Positions 23,010-33,886 of a stretch of DNA of 64,000 bases are shown here, piece by piece. The stretch is taken from IMG/VR virus record IMGVR_UViG_2706795462_000001. One strand, 5' to 3'. The notes under the pieces were generated by a model. That model had not been told where the DNA came from and searched no databases. It was given only the letters and a program-made list of their open reading frames with translations. The first letter of the stretch is position 1. Every line of letters begins with the position of its first letter. Source of the DNA: a virus (Duplodnaviria > Heunggongvirae > Uroviricota > Caudoviricetes > Herelleviridae). A program made the translations under genes and the position numbers.

Positions 23010-23402
23010 ATGACAAGTAAAGAAAGACCATTAATTGTATATTTTTCAGGTACAGGGCAGACAGAAAGACTAGTAAACAAAATTAATATTAATAACTCAT
23101 TTGAAACGTTTAGGGTTAAGAGTGGAAAAGAGAAAATAAATAAACCTTTTATACTAATAACACCGACTTATATGAAGGGTGCAATACCTAAACAAATAGA
23201 AAGATTCCTAGAAATTAATGGGAGCCCTAAGGAAGTCATTGGTACAGGAAATAAACAATGGGGCTCTAATTTCTGTGGAGCAAGTAAAAAGATTTCAGAG
23301 ATGTTTAAGATTCCTTTAATTGCTAAAGTAGAGCAATCAGGACACTTTAACGAGATACAACCAATATTAGAACACTTTAGTAATAAATATAAAGTAGCGT
23401 AA
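23010..23402 (+). CDS. nrdI: Flavodoxin NrdI
   Basis: YFSGTGQT, ITPTY, GTGNKQWGSNFC. Confidence 0.92.
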   Translation: MTSKERPLIVYFSGTGQTERLVNKININNSFETFRVKSGKEKINKPFILITPTYMKGAIPKQIERFLEINGSPKEVIGTGNKQWGSNFCGASKKISEMFKIPLIAKVEQSGHFNEIQPILEHFSNKYKVA

Positions 23403-23416
23403 AGGATGAGAGATAT

Positions 23417-25531
23417 ATGGCAACATATGGAAAATGGATTGAGTTAAATAATGAAATAACTCAATTAGATGACAATGGAAAAAATAAACTCTATAAAGAC
23501 CAAGAAGCTTTAGATGAGTATTTAAAATATATTGAAGATAATACAAGAAAGTTTAATAATGAAGTAGAAAGAATTAGAGTATTGACAAAAGAAGGAACAT
23601 ATGATAAAATATTTGATAAAGTTCCTGATACTATTATTGATGAAATGACTAAGCTAGCTTACAGTTTTAATTTTAAATTTCCTAGTTTTATGGCAGGGCA
23701 AAAGTTTTATGAGTCTTACGCATCAAAACAGTATGACGAGAATAAAAAACCTATTTTTGTTGAAGACTATGAGCAACATAACGTTCGAGTAGCTTTATAT
23801 TTATTTCAAAATGATTATGTAAAGGCTAGAGAGTTATTAGTACAACTTATGGAGCAAACATTTCAACCATCTACACCTACGTATAATAACTCAGGGCAAG
23901 CTAATAGAGGTGAACTAAGTTCATGTTATCTATTTGTAGTAGATGATTCAATTGAGTCCTTAAATTTTGTTGAGGATAGTGTAGCTAATGCTAGTTCTAA
24001 TGGTGGCGGAGTTGCAATTGATTTAACTAGAATTAGACCGAAAGGTGCTCCAGTACGTAATAGACCTAATTCAAGTAAAGGTGTTATTGCTTTTGCTAAA
24101 GCTATTGAACATAAAGTAAGTATATATGACCAAGGCGGGGTTCGACAAGGTAGTGGTGCAGTCTACCTTAATATATTCCATAATGATATTTTGGATTTAT
24201 TAAGTTCTAAGAAAATAAATGCTAGTGAATCTGTTAGACTTGATAAACTATCTATAGGTGTTACAATACCTAATAAGTTTATGGAATTAGTTAAAGAAGG
24301 TAAACCTTTCTACACGTTTGACACTTACGATATTAACAAAGTATATGGTAAATATTTAGATGAATTAAACATTGATGAGTGGTACGAAGAATTATTAAAT
24401 AATGATAAAATTGGTAAAGTAAAACATGATGCTAGAGAAGTCATGACAGATATTGCTAAAACACAATTAGAATCAGGTTACCCTTATGTATTTTATATTG
24501 ATAATGCTAATGACAATCACCCTCTTAAAAATCTAGGTAAAGTTAAAATGAGTAACTTATGTACAGAAATTTCACAATTACAAGAGGTATCAGAAATTTA
24601 TCCATATTCCTATAGTAATCAGAATGTTATTAATAGAGATGTTGTTTGTACATTAGGTTCACTTAACTTAGTTAATGTGGTTGAAAAAGGTTTATTAAAT
24701 GAGTCCGTAGATATTGGTACAAGAGCACTAACAAAAGTTACTGATATTATGGATTTACCATATCTACCTAGTGTTCAAAAAGCAAATGATGACATTAGAG
24801 CTATCGGTTTAGGTTCAATGAATTTACATGGACTTTTAGCTAAGAATATGATTAGTTATGGTTCTAGGGAAGCTCTAGACCTAGTAAACAGTTTATATAG
24901 TGCTATTAACTTCCAGTCTATTAAGACATCTATGTTAATGGCTAAAGAAACAGGAAAACCATTTAAAGGGTTTGAAAAGTCTGATTATGCTACAGGTGAA
25001 TACTTTGTAAGATATATTAGAGAGTCTAACCAACCTAAAACAGATAAAGCTAAGAAAGTCCTAAGCAAGGTCTATATTCCAACACAAGATGATTGGGATG
25101 AATTAGCTAAAGCAGTTAAAGTATATGGACTGTATAATGGGTATAGAAAAGCAGAAGCACCTACTCAATCTATATCATATGTACAGAATGCTACAAGCTC
25201 AATTATGCCTGTACCTAGTGCTATAGAGAACAGACAATATGGAGACATGGAAACATACTATCCAATGCCTTATTTAAGTCCTATAACTCAGTTTTTCTAT
25301 GAAGGAGAAACAGCTTATAAGATTGATAATAAACGTATTATTAATACAAGTGCAGTAGTGCAAAAACATACAGACCAAGCAGTATCTACTATACTTTATG
25401 TAGAATCAGAAATACCGACTAATAAGTTAGTATCATTATATTACTATGCTTGGGAACAAGGATTAAAATCATTATATTATACACGTTCACGTAAACTTTC
25501 TGTTATTGAATGTGAAACATGTTCGGTTTAG
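23417..25531 (+). CDS. nrdE: Ribonucleotide reductase class Ib alpha subunit (704 aa, no intron)
   Basis: TPTYNN, SCY, QGGVRQGSGAVYL, SNLCTEI, KSLYY, C-terminal CETC. Confidence 0.95.
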   Translation: MATYGKWIELNNEITQLDDNGKNKLYKDQEALDEYLKYIEDNTRKFNNEVERIRVLTKEGTYDKIFDKVPDTIIDEMTKLAYSFNFKFPSFMAGQKFYESYASKQYDENKKPIFVEDYEQHNVRVALYLFQNDYVKARELLVQLMEQTFQPSTPTYNNSGQANRGELSSCYLFVVDDSIESLNFVEDSVANASSNGGGVAIDLTRIRPKGAPVRNRPNSSKGVIAFAKAIEHKVSIYDQGGVRQGSGAVYLNIFHNDILDLLSSKKINASESVRLDKLSIGVTIPNKFMELVKEGKPFYTFDTYDINKVYGKYLDELNIDEWYEELLNNDKIGKVKHDAREVMTDIAKTQLESGYPYVFYIDNANDNHPLKNLGKVKMSNLCTEISQLQEVSEIYPYSYSNQNVINRDVVCTLGSLNLVNVVEKGLLNESVDIGTRALTKVTDIMDLPYLPSVQKANDDIRAIGLGSMNLHGLLAKNMISYGSREALDLVNSLYSAINFQSIKTSMLMAKETGKPFKGFEKSDYATGEYFVRYIRESNQPKTDKAKKVLSKVYIPTQDDWDELAKAVKVYGLYNGYRKAEAPTQSISYVQNATSSIMPVPSAIENRQYGDMETYYPMPYLSPITQFFYEGETAYKIDNKRIINTSAVVQKHTDQAVSTILYVESEIPTNKLVSLYYYAWEQGLKSLYYTRSRKLSVIECETCSV

Positions 25532-25544
25532 AAAGGAAATAGAT

Positions 25545-26594
25545 ATGGATATTACACAAAAAGTAAAACAACATAATAAAAATGCAGTATTAAAGGCAAC
25601 AAATTGGAATATTGAAGATGACGGGATGTCTGATATTTATTGGGAGCAAGGAATCTCCCAATTTTGGACTCCTGAAGAGTTTGATGTATCAAGAGATTTA
25701 AGTTCTTGGAACAGTTTAACTGAGAGTGAAAAGAACACTTATAAGAAAGTCCTTGCAGGGCTCACAGGGCTCGATACGAAGCAAGGAGGGGAAGGTATGA
25801 ACTTAGTATCTTATCATGAACCAAGACCCAAATACCAAGCTGTATTTGCGTTTATGGGTGGTATGGAAGAGATACATGCTAAATCTTATAGTCATATCTT
25901 TACAACACTATTAAGTAATAAAGAAACAAGTTATTTACTAGATACTTGGGTTGAAGAAAATGACTTTTTAAAAGTAAAAGCTCAGTTTATTGGATATTAT
26001 TATGACCAATTATTAAAACCTAATCCTACTGTATTTGATAGATATATGGCTAAAGTAGCTAGTGCCTTTTTAGAAAGTGCATTATTTTACTCAGGATTTT
26101 ATTACCCTTTACTTCTTGCAGGAAGAGGGCAGATGACACAATCAGGAGCTATTATTTATAAAATTACCCAAGATGAAGCTTATCACGGTTCAGCAGTAGG
26201 ATTAACAGCTCAATATGATTACAATCTTTTAACAGAAGAAGAAAAAAAATTAGCAGATAGAGAAACTTATGAATTATTAAATATTCTTTATACTAATGAA
26301 GTAGCGTATACACATAGTCTATATGACCCGCTAGAGTTAAGTGAAGATGTAATTAACTACGTTCAGTATAACTTTAATAGAGCTCTTCAAAACCTTGGAA
26401 GAGAAGACTATTTTAACCCTGAACCTTATAACCCTATTGTAGAAAATCAAACTAATGTAGACAGATTAAGAAATGTTGATTTCTTTAGCGGTAAAGCAGA
26501 CTACGAAAAATCTACAAACATTAAAGATATTAAAGATGAAGATTTCTCATTCTTAGATAGTAAAGAGTATAGTACTGCTAAGGAATTCCTATAA
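25545..26594 (+). CDS. nrdF: Ribonucleotide reductase class Ib beta subunit (349 aa)
   Basis: FWTPEE, EEIHAKSY, LESALFYSGF, DEAYH; ATG 25545 after AAAGGA. Confidence 0.95.
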   Translation: MDITQKVKQHNKNAVLKATNWNIEDDGMSDIYWEQGISQFWTPEEFDVSRDLSSWNSLTESEKNTYKKVLAGLTGLDTKQGGEGMNLVSYHEPRPKYQAVFAFMGGMEEIHAKSYSHIFTTLLSNKETSYLLDTWVEENDFLKVKAQFIGYYYDQLLKPNPTVFDRYMAKVASAFLESALFYSGFYYPLLLAGRGQMTQSGAIIYKITQDEAYHGSAVGLTAQYDYNLLTEEEKKLADRETYELLNILYTNEVAYTHSLYDPLELSEDVINYVQYNFNRALQNLGREDYFNPEPYNPIVENQTNVDRLRNVDFFSGKADYEKSTNIKDIKDEDFSFLDSKEYSTAKEFL

Positions 26595-26611
26595 AAAGGA
26601 GAAAAGATATT

Positions 26612-26941
26612 ATGGATAGAAAAGAAGCAATGGATTTATTAAGTAAAACAGAAATATTATTTAAAAAACATGATGAGTTTTCATGTGTGAGTGATATCAA
26701 TGACCCTATGAAGTTATTTAGTAACTCTAAAGATGCCAAAGCTGATGATACGTCTAAGTCTTTTCAGTTAGAGTTTATGCATGATATGACTATGTATACT
26801 TTATCTTATGGCTCAGGACAGTTAAAACTCATTGATTTATCAGAAGGTTATGAAGCACAAAAAGCTACAGCAGTTAACTCATTTCCCGAAATTATTAAAA
26901 CATTAGAAAAGGATGACTCAGAAGATGGAAAAAATGAATAA
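26612..26941 (+). CDS. Hypothetical protein (109 aa)
   Basis: ORF with RBS AAAGGAG. Confidence 0.8.
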   Translation: MDRKEAMDLLSKTEILFKKHDEFSCVSDINDPMKLFSNSKDAKADDTSKSFQLEFMHDMTMYTLSYGSGQLKLIDLSEGYEAQKATAVNSFPEIIKTLEKDDSEDGKNE

Positions 26942-27245
26942 TTTAGTAGATTTAAATACAGCAATTAGACAAAAGAAAGATGTTATTGTCATGATTACAC
27001 AAGATAATTGTGGTAAGTGTGAAATCTTAAAAAGTGTAATCCCTATGTTCCAGGATTCAGGGGATATTAAGAAACCTATTTTAACACTTAATTTAGATGC
27101 AGAAGATGTAGATAGAGAAAAGGCTGTTAAGTTATTTGATATCATGAGTACACCAGTATTAATTGGGTATAAAGATGGTCAGTTAGTTAAAAAATATGAA
27201 GACCAAGTTACACCAATGCAATTACAAGAATTAGAGTCACTTTAA
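26925..27245 (+). CDS. Thioredoxin/NrdH-like redoxin (106 aa)
   Basis: CGKC motif, MSTP cis-Pro motif; follows nrdEF. Confidence 0.85.
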   Translation: MEKMNNLVDLNTAIRQKKDVIVMITQDNCGKCEILKSVIPMFQDSGDIKKPILTLNLDAEDVDREKAVKLFDIMSTPVLIGYKDGQLVKKYEDQVTPMQLQELESL

Positions 27246-27254
27246 TTTGGAATT

Positions 27255-27303
27255 TCCTACTATCTGTGCTATACTATAATAGTACAAGGTAGTAGGATTT
27301 TTT
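27255..27303 (+). terminator. Long hairpin + U-tract with an embedded extended -10 promoter (TTGGAA-N17-TATACT)
   Basis: 27255-27272 pairs with 27279-27297; T6 follows. Confidence 0.65.
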
Positions 27304-27322
27304 AATGAAAGGAAGATGACAT

Positions 27323-28048
27323 ATCGCAAAGAATAAAACATTAACGATATATAATAGTGATAGATATTTTAATATACACACAAAAGATAAAGATAAAATT
27401 AATGAGGCTATTAAAGTCACACACGGTAATGAAGAAGAAATTGAAAAGAATATGGATGAACTAATATCTAAATCTAGACGATATATTATGAGAGATGAAA
27501 ATCATTATATGTTATTTAATGAGAAATACAATAATGATAGGCTCATAGAGAAAGTATGTAAACATGGTGGTAAAGTTACATACTATACTGATTCAGTATT
27601 ACCTTATTATGTTTTAAAAGACTTATCTAGTCACCCTGATTCAGAAGTTGTTTATCGTATGCGTAACGGCTTTACTGCAAAAGAAGTAGATAATATAGCT
27701 TTATCATTTATGGGAACAAAAGTTATTATTGATATTTCTGTGGTATTTCCTTATGTAAATCCTTATGATATTATTAGAAGTTTACATGATATTAAAACAA
27801 ATGTAGATGAAGTTCATTTATCATTTCCTCGTATATTAGAAGTAGATGAAAAACAAGAAAAATTTTATTTCTTTGATGGTGAAGCTTATGATTTAAAACC
27901 TGAATATAAAGTTGATTTTGCAGATAAAATTAGAGTGTCCCTATCAGTATGGAAAATGTATATCTATATCTTAACAAGTAGTCGTGATTTTGAAGATGTA
28001 GACAATGTAATTACGAAACTAAAACAACAACGAAAGATTAAGATATAA
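27323..28048 (+). CDS. Hypothetical protein; probably 241 aa from a non-canonical ATC start (198 aa from ATG 27452)
   Basis: Frame is open from 27320; RBS AAAGGAAG lies 7 nt before ATC; no good RBS before 27452. Confidence 0.7.
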   Translation: MAKNKTLTIYNSDRYFNIHTKDKDKINEAIKVTHGNEEEIEKNMDELISKSRRYIMRDENHYMLFNEKYNNDRLIEKVCKHGGKVTYYTDSVLPYYVLKDLSSHPDSEVVYRMRNGFTAKEVDNIALSFMGTKVIIDISVVFPYVNPYDIIRSLHDIKTNVDEVHLSFPRILEVDEKQEKFYFFDGEAYDLKPEYKVDFADKIRVSLSVWKMYIYILTSSRDFEDVDNVITKLKQQRKIKI

Positions 28049-28057
28049 GGTGATTAT

Positions 28058-28363
28058 ATGAGTACAGCAAATAGAAGAGATATAGCAAGGAAGATATCAG
28101 AGAACACAGGTTATTATATACAAGATGTAGAAGAGATACTAAGTGCAGAGACAGATGCTATTTCTGACTTACTAGAAGAAGGGTATACTAAAGTAAAGAA
28201 TCATAAATTTATGCAAATAGAAGTTATTGAAAGAAAAGGTAAAAAAGCTTGGGATGGGCTGAATAAAGAATATTTCCATTTACCTAATAGAAAAGCTATA
28301 AAATTTAAACCACTTAAAGAATTAGAAGAGGTTATTGATAGACTTAATGAAGAAGAGAAATAA
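28058..28363 (+). CDS. HU/IHF-like DNA-binding protein (101 aa)
   Basis: RDIARKISENTG...ERKGKKAWDGLNKE...KAIKFKPLKEL HU-fold pattern. Confidence 0.85.
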   Translation: MSTANRRDIARKISENTGYYIQDVEEILSAETDAISDLLEEGYTKVKNHKFMQIEVIERKGKKAWDGLNKEYFHLPNRKAIKFKPLKELEEVIDRLNEEEK

Positions 28364-28408
28364 TTCTCTTCTTTTTTTATTGACAAGATTTAAAATATAT
28401 GGTATAGT
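28351..28408 (+). promoter_or_regulatory. Terminator (28351-28378) followed by a sigmaA promoter (TTGACA 28380, TATAGT 28403)
   Basis: AGAAGAGAA/TTCTCTTCT + T-tract; 17-nt spacer. Confidence 0.8.
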
Positions 28409-28438
28409 ATTATTAAGTTAAAAAAGGAGAGGAATTAA

Positions 28439-31400
28439 ATGAAAGTATTAATCTTATTTGACCACATTAGAGAAGAACATTTTTCTGTAAGTAAAGATGG
28501 GAGTGTGAAATCTAATGTATTAAATACACCTAATGGAAAAACACTTAAGAAATTACTTGAGAAGTGTTCTAACTTAAAGAGAGATAAAACAAACAGAGAC
28601 TATGATATTGATTTTCTCTATAACGCAGTACCTACACCTATTAGAAATGATTATGGTAAAATTATTAAATACCAAGATGTTAAACAAGCAGAAGTAAAAC
28701 CATATTATGAAAGAATGAATAACATTATTATTGATAACTCCTATGATATGATAATTCCTGTTGGTAAACTAGGTGTTAAATACTTATTAAATGTTACAGC
28801 TATAGGTAAAGTAAGAGGAGTACCAAGTAAAGTAACAATTGAAAATGAAATATCTTCTCATGATGTATGGGTACTACCTACGTATAGTATTGAATATACG
28901 AATGTAAATAAAAATAGTGAACGTCATGTTGTATCAGATTTACAAACAGTAGGAAAATTTGTAGAACAAGGTGAAGAAGCATTTAAACCTAAAGAAGTAT
29001 CTTACGAATTAGTAGATAACATTGAAAGAGTAAGGGAAATATTTAATAAGGAAGTAAAGAATGATAATTATGATGGTGTAGATATCACCGCATGGGACTT
29101 AGAGACTAACTCATTAAAGCCTGATAAGGAAGGAAGTAAACCTTTAGTATTATCACTATCATGGAGAAATGGTCAAGGTGTGACTATACCTTTATACAAA
29201 TCGGACTTTAATTGGGAAAATGGTCAAGAAGATATTGATGAAGTACTAGAATTACTTAAGAATTGGTTAGCTAGTAAAGAAGATATTAAGGTGGCACATA
29301 ATGGTAAATATGATATTAAATTTTTAATGAGTACTGAGAACTTTAAAGATTTTGAGAACATTCAAGATACTAAAGTAGGTTGGTATTTAGCTGTCACACA
29401 AGAAGTTAAAGAATCTTTGAGATTATCTGACTTAGCTTACGAGGTAACAGATGTCGGAGGTTATGATAAACCACTAGAAGATTTTAAATTATGGTTTGTT
29501 ACTAAGTTATTAAGATTTTTCTCTGATAAAATTAAAGAAATACAGAAAGAAAATAAAAAAAATTGCTAAGAAAGAGTATGATGTTAAAGCTCCTGAATAC
29601 AAAGAGTGGTTAGAGACTAAATTAAATGAAACAATAGTAGAATTAGATGATACTGAGAAGAAATTTAGAGTTAGTGAATTAGAGAAAAAATACATTCAGT
29701 TAGGTCTTTCACCTGAAATTGTAAACATGAATTTAGTTATGAACAACGATGAATTTATTAGTATTGCAGAGCAATCACCTGAATATATGGGATTATCTGA
29801 TTACGCTAAATCTTACACACTGAATACTGCAATTGATTTAATTAACAAGTATAGAGATGTAAAAGATGTAATTAATGATATTGATGGAGGTAACTTTAAC
29901 TATGATTGGTTCCCTATTGAGTTAATGCACCCGTACGCATCAGGAGACACTGATGTATGTAGAAGAATTCATTGTGATGTTGTTAAGAAACTTAAAGAGC
30001 AAGATAGACCTAAGTCAATGCATTTATTAGAAGTTAATTACCCAAGACTTACTAAATCATTAGCTAGAATTGAATCAAATGGTTTATACTGTGATTTAGA
30101 TTACATGAAAGAAAATGATGAGTCATACGAATCTGAGATGGCTAAGAACCACGCTACTATGAGAGAACATTGGGCTGTTAAAGAATTTGAAGAGTATCAA
30201 TATAACCTTTACCAAATGGCGTTAGAAGAGCATGAGAAAAAGCCAAAAGATAGAGACAAAGAGATTCATCAGTATAGAGATAAGTTTAAAGATGGTAAAT
30301 GGATGTTTTCTCCTAGCTCAGGAGACCATAAAGGTAGAGTAATTTATGATATTTTAGGAATTCAGTTACCTTATGATAAAGAGTATGTTAAAGAAAAACC
30401 ATTTAACGCTAATGTTAAAGAAGCAGACCTTACTTGGCAGGATTATAAAACAGATAAGAAAGCTATTGGTTATGCATTAGATAACTTAGAATTAAAAGAT
30501 GATGTTAAAGAACTTCTTGAATTACTTAAATATCATGCTAGTATGCAGACAAAACGTAACTCATTTACTAAGAAATTACCTAATATGATTAATAAACAAA
30601 AACGAACATTACATGGTTCTTTTTCTGAGACAGGTACAGAGACATCAAGATTAAGTAGTAGTAATCCTAACTTACAAAACTTACCTGCTCATACATCAGA
30701 TGTAAACAAGTTTGATTATAAACATCCAATTAAACGTTCATTTGTTTCTAGATTTGAAAATGGAGTACTACTAGGAGCCGACTATAGTGCCCTAGAGATG
30801 CGTATTATTGGATTATTTACTAAAGACCCTGATATGCTACAATCATTCTTAAATGGTGAGGATATTCATAAGGCTACGGCAAGTATTGTTTATAATAAAC
30901 CAGTAGAAGAAGTAACTAAAGAAGAGAGACAAGCAACTAAAGCAGTTAACTTTGGGCTAGCCTTTGGAGAATCACCATTCTCATTTGCAGGTAAAAATAA
31001 TATGGAAGTAAGTGAAGCAGAAGAAATATTTGAAAAGTACTTCCAAACAAAACCTAGTGTAAAAACTTCTATTGACAATGTACATGAATTTGTGCAACAA
31101 TATGGTTATGTTGATACAATGCACGGTCATAGAAGATTTATACGTTCAGCACAATCAACAGATAAAAAGATAAAAAATGAAGGTCTAAGACAATCATTTA
31201 ATACTATTATCCAGGGTTCAGGTAGTTTCCTAACAAATATGTCTTTAACTTACTTAGATGATTTTATTCAGTCTCGTAACTTGAAATCAAAAGTTATTGC
31301 TACAGTACACGATAGTATCTTAATTGATTGCCCTCCTGAAGAGGCTAAGATTATGGCTAAAGTGACAATTCATATTATGGAGAATTTACCGTTTGATTTC

Positions 31401-31658
31401 TTAAAAGCAGAAATTGACGGGAAAGAAGTACAATACCCAATAGAAGCTGATATGGAAATTGGTTTAAATTATAATGATATGGTTGAATACGATGAAGAAG
31501 AAATTGATACATTTAATTCTTACCAAGGTTATATTAAGTACATGATGAATTTACAGACTTTAGAAGATTATAAAGAGTCAGGTAAATTAACTGATGAACA
31601 ATTTGAAAAAGCTACTAATGTTGTTAAAAGTGAAAAACATATCTATCAAGAAATTTAA
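28439..31658 (+). CDS. polA: Family A DNA polymerase with N-terminal UDG-like and 3'-5' exonuclease domains; 1072 aa if one A is removed from the A8 run at 29555-29562; no intron
   Basis: DLETN exonuclease motif; RLSSSNPNLQN, DYSALEMR, KAVNFGLAFG, TVHDS; the frame between 29563 and 29727 is open. Confidence 0.93.
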
Positions 31659-31666
31659 TAAAAGTA

Positions 31667-31695
31667 TTGACAATATGTTTCACTTATGTTATACT
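31667..31695 (+). promoter_or_regulatory. sigmaA-type promoter
   Basis: TTGACA-N17-TATACT. Confidence 0.85.
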
Positions 31696-31727
31696 ATATA
31701 GGTAATAAGTATAAGGAGGAAAAAAGA

Positions 31728-31970
31728 GTGAATACAGGAGAGATTAGATTTAATCGTTCTATGGATGAATGGATTATAACAAGTATGTACCAGGATGAAT
31801 TAGGTGAAATGAATATTGTTGTTACATTCTATAATAGAGAAGAAAATAAACATGGCTCTACCGTTTTACCAACAGAGTCATCTACTGGAGAAGTAACAGA
31901 AGAATTAGCAAGTCTTGAAGAAGAATATCCTTTAGCTTTACCGTTAAGTAGTATTTCAGTTAATATTTAA
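31728..31970 (+). CDS. Hypothetical protein (80 aa, GTG start)
   Basis: RBS AAGGAGG 8 nt before GTG. Confidence 0.75.
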   Translation: MNTGEIRFNRSMDEWIITSMYQDELGEMNIVVTFYNREENKHGSTVLPTESSTGEVTEELASLEEEYPLALPLSSISVNI

Positions 31971-31986
31971 AAGGAGGAACTGATAA

Positions 31987-32469
31987 ATGGAGATACACAT
32001 TGATTCCCTAGATTTTACAAATTTTACTATTAAAGATAGAAATGGGAACTCACAAGAGTTTGATATTACAGATGAATTAAAGATTACAGAATATACAATA
32101 CAAGAAGATTTTATGCAACAATCAGCTAAGTACGCTTTTTGGGCTTCTATATTAGAGAAGGTCAGAGCATATTCTGAAATGGAGCAAAGAAATTTAGAAA
32201 CAATTGGTAGTAAGCTTAATCTCACAATTAGACAAGAGTATGAACAACAAGGTAAAAAGCCTACTAAAGATATGATTGAGTCTAGTGTGTATATTCATGA
32301 TTCCTATCAACAACAACTTAAAGTTGTTGAGGCTTGGAATTATAAAGTTAAACAACTTCAATATGTTGTAAAAGCTTTTGAAACAAGAAGAGATATGATG
32401 ATTCAATTAGGTGCAGAGTTACGACAAACAAATAAAAATGGTGGAATTACTAACCCATTTTCACATTAA
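31987..32469 (+). CDS. UvsY-like recombination mediator (160 aa), putative
   Basis: Helical; KKPTKDMIES and AFETRRDM pattern; adjacent to SSB and RecA-like genes. Confidence 0.6.
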   Translation: MEIHIDSLDFTNFTIKDRNGNSQEFDITDELKITEYTIQEDFMQQSAKYAFWASILEKVRAYSEMEQRNLETIGSKLNLTIRQEYEQQGKKPTKDMIESSVYIHDSYQQQLKVVEAWNYKVKQLQYVVKAFETRRDMMIQLGAELRQTNKNGGITNPFSH

Positions 32470-32490
32470 AAAAGAAAGTAAAGAATATAA

Positions 32491-32519
32491 TTGACAAATA
32501 TAAAAAACTATGTTATAAT
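32491..32519 (+). promoter_or_regulatory. Consensus sigmaA promoter
   Basis: TTGACA-N17-TATAAT with TG. Confidence 0.9.
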
Positions 32520-32555
32520 AAATAAGTAAATTAATTAAAAGGAGAAAAGATAATT

Positions 32556-33827
32556 ATGGATTTCAATCAATTTATTAACAATGAGGCAAGCAAATTAGAA
32601 AGTAATAACAGTTCTTTTAACAACAATGTAGAGAGCTATAAACCTAAAAACCCTGTATTACGATTAGGTAATATTAAAGATGCAAATGGAAATAAAGTTA
32701 CTAAAGAAAATGCTTTTGTACGAGTATTACCTCCTGCACAAGGAACAAATGTTTTCTTTAAAGAATTTAGAACAACAGGTATTAACTACTCTAAGAAAGA
32801 TGGTTCTCAAGGATTCACAGGACTAACATTACCTGCAGAACCAGGTTCATCTGTCCTTGACCCTTACATTCAGGACTGGATAACAAATGGCGTTCAATTT
32901 AGTAGATTCCCTAATAAACCTGGAGTACGTTATTACATTCATGTTATTGAATACTTTAATAATAACGGACAAATTCAACCTAAAACAGATGAGCAAGGAA
33001 ATGTAATGATTCAACCTATGGAGTTATCAAACACAGGATATAAAGAATTGGTAGCAAACCTTAAGGATACTATGTTAAAACCGTCACCTAATGCACCTCA
33101 TAGTTTTATTTCAGCAAATGAAGCATTCTTAGTTAATATTGCTAAAGCTAAAAAAGGTGAAATGTCATGGAAAGTAAGTGTTTATCCTAATGCTCCTTTA
33201 GGTGCATTACCTCAAGGATGGGAACAACAATTATCAGACTTAGAACAATTAGCAAAACCAACAGAAGAACAAAACCCTAACTTTGTTAACTTCTTAATCA
33301 ATAACGTTAATAACACAGAGTTAAGTCATGATAACTTTAAATTTAACCGTGAGTCTAATGTATTAGGTGAAGAACCTTCAGAACCTAAACAAGCTCCTAC
33401 TCAACAAGATATTGATAGTCAGATGCCAAGTAATATTGGAGGTCAACCTAACCAACCACAACAAGGTCAAGTAGGTCAGTATACTCAACAAGGTCAAAAT
33501 AATGGTCAAGGACAGCAGTTACAAGGTAACCAACAGCCAATTAGTAATACTCAATTTGGTCAAGGAACACCTTCAGGACAACAACCTAATAATACAGGTT
33601 CAGTTGATTGGGATAACTTAGCTCAACAACAATCACAACCGGATTCAAATCCTTTTAATGACTTTGATGTAAACAGTGTTGATGATTCACAAGTACCTTT
33701 TGAGACACAACCTCAAAACACACAACAAGCACCTGAACCACAACAAACTACTCAGGAGCCTCCAAAACAAAAACAAACACAAAGTATTGACGATGTATTA
33801 GGTGGTCTAGACTTAGATAACCTATAA
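32556..33827 (+). CDS. Single-stranded DNA-binding protein with Q/N/P-rich tail (423 aa)
   Basis: gp32-like VRVLPP motif; acidic C-terminus DDVLGGLDLDNL; located before the recombinase. Confidence 0.7.
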   Translation: MDFNQFINNEASKLESNNSSFNNNVESYKPKNPVLRLGNIKDANGNKVTKENAFVRVLPPAQGTNVFFKEFRTTGINYSKKDGSQGFTGLTLPAEPGSSVLDPYIQDWITNGVQFSRFPNKPGVRYYIHVIEYFNNNGQIQPKTDEQGNVMIQPMELSNTGYKELVANLKDTMLKPSPNAPHSFISANEAFLVNIAKAKKGEMSWKVSVYPNAPLGALPQGWEQQLSDLEQLAKPTEEQNPNFVNFLINNVNNTELSHDNFKFNRESNVLGEEPSEPKQAPTQQDIDSQMPSNIGGQPNQPQQGQVGQYTQQGQNNGQGQQLQGNQQPISNTQFGQGTPSGQQPNNTGSVDWDNLAQQQSQPDSNPFNDFDVNSVDDSQVPFETQPQNTQQAPEPQQTTQEPPKQKQTQSIDDVLGGLDLDNL

Positions 33828-33832
33828 GATAT

Positions 33833-33858
33833 AGAGTGCCTTAGAGCACTCTTTTATT
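33833..33858 (+). terminator. Intrinsic terminator
   Basis: AGAGTGC/GCACTCT followed by TTTATTT. Confidence 0.7.
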
Positions 33859-33886
33859 TGAGATATAATTACTAGGAGGATATTAA

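Noticed and set aside
29563-29726. Group I intron in the apparent gap within the polymerase gene
   Set aside because: The gap is open coding sequence in the downstream frame; there is no room for an intron or endonuclease.
11878-29727. Helicase, primase and polymerase as separate two-part genes, pseudogenes or programmed frameshifts
   Set aside because: One-base corrections in A-runs give full-length enzymes of the expected size, the downstream halves lack RBSs, and no stimulatory structure is evident; sequencing error is more parsimonious.
33370-33790. CRISPR-like or tandem DNA repeats (CAACAA-rich)
   Set aside because: Gln/Asn codon repetition within the SSB tail; no constant repeat with unique spacers.
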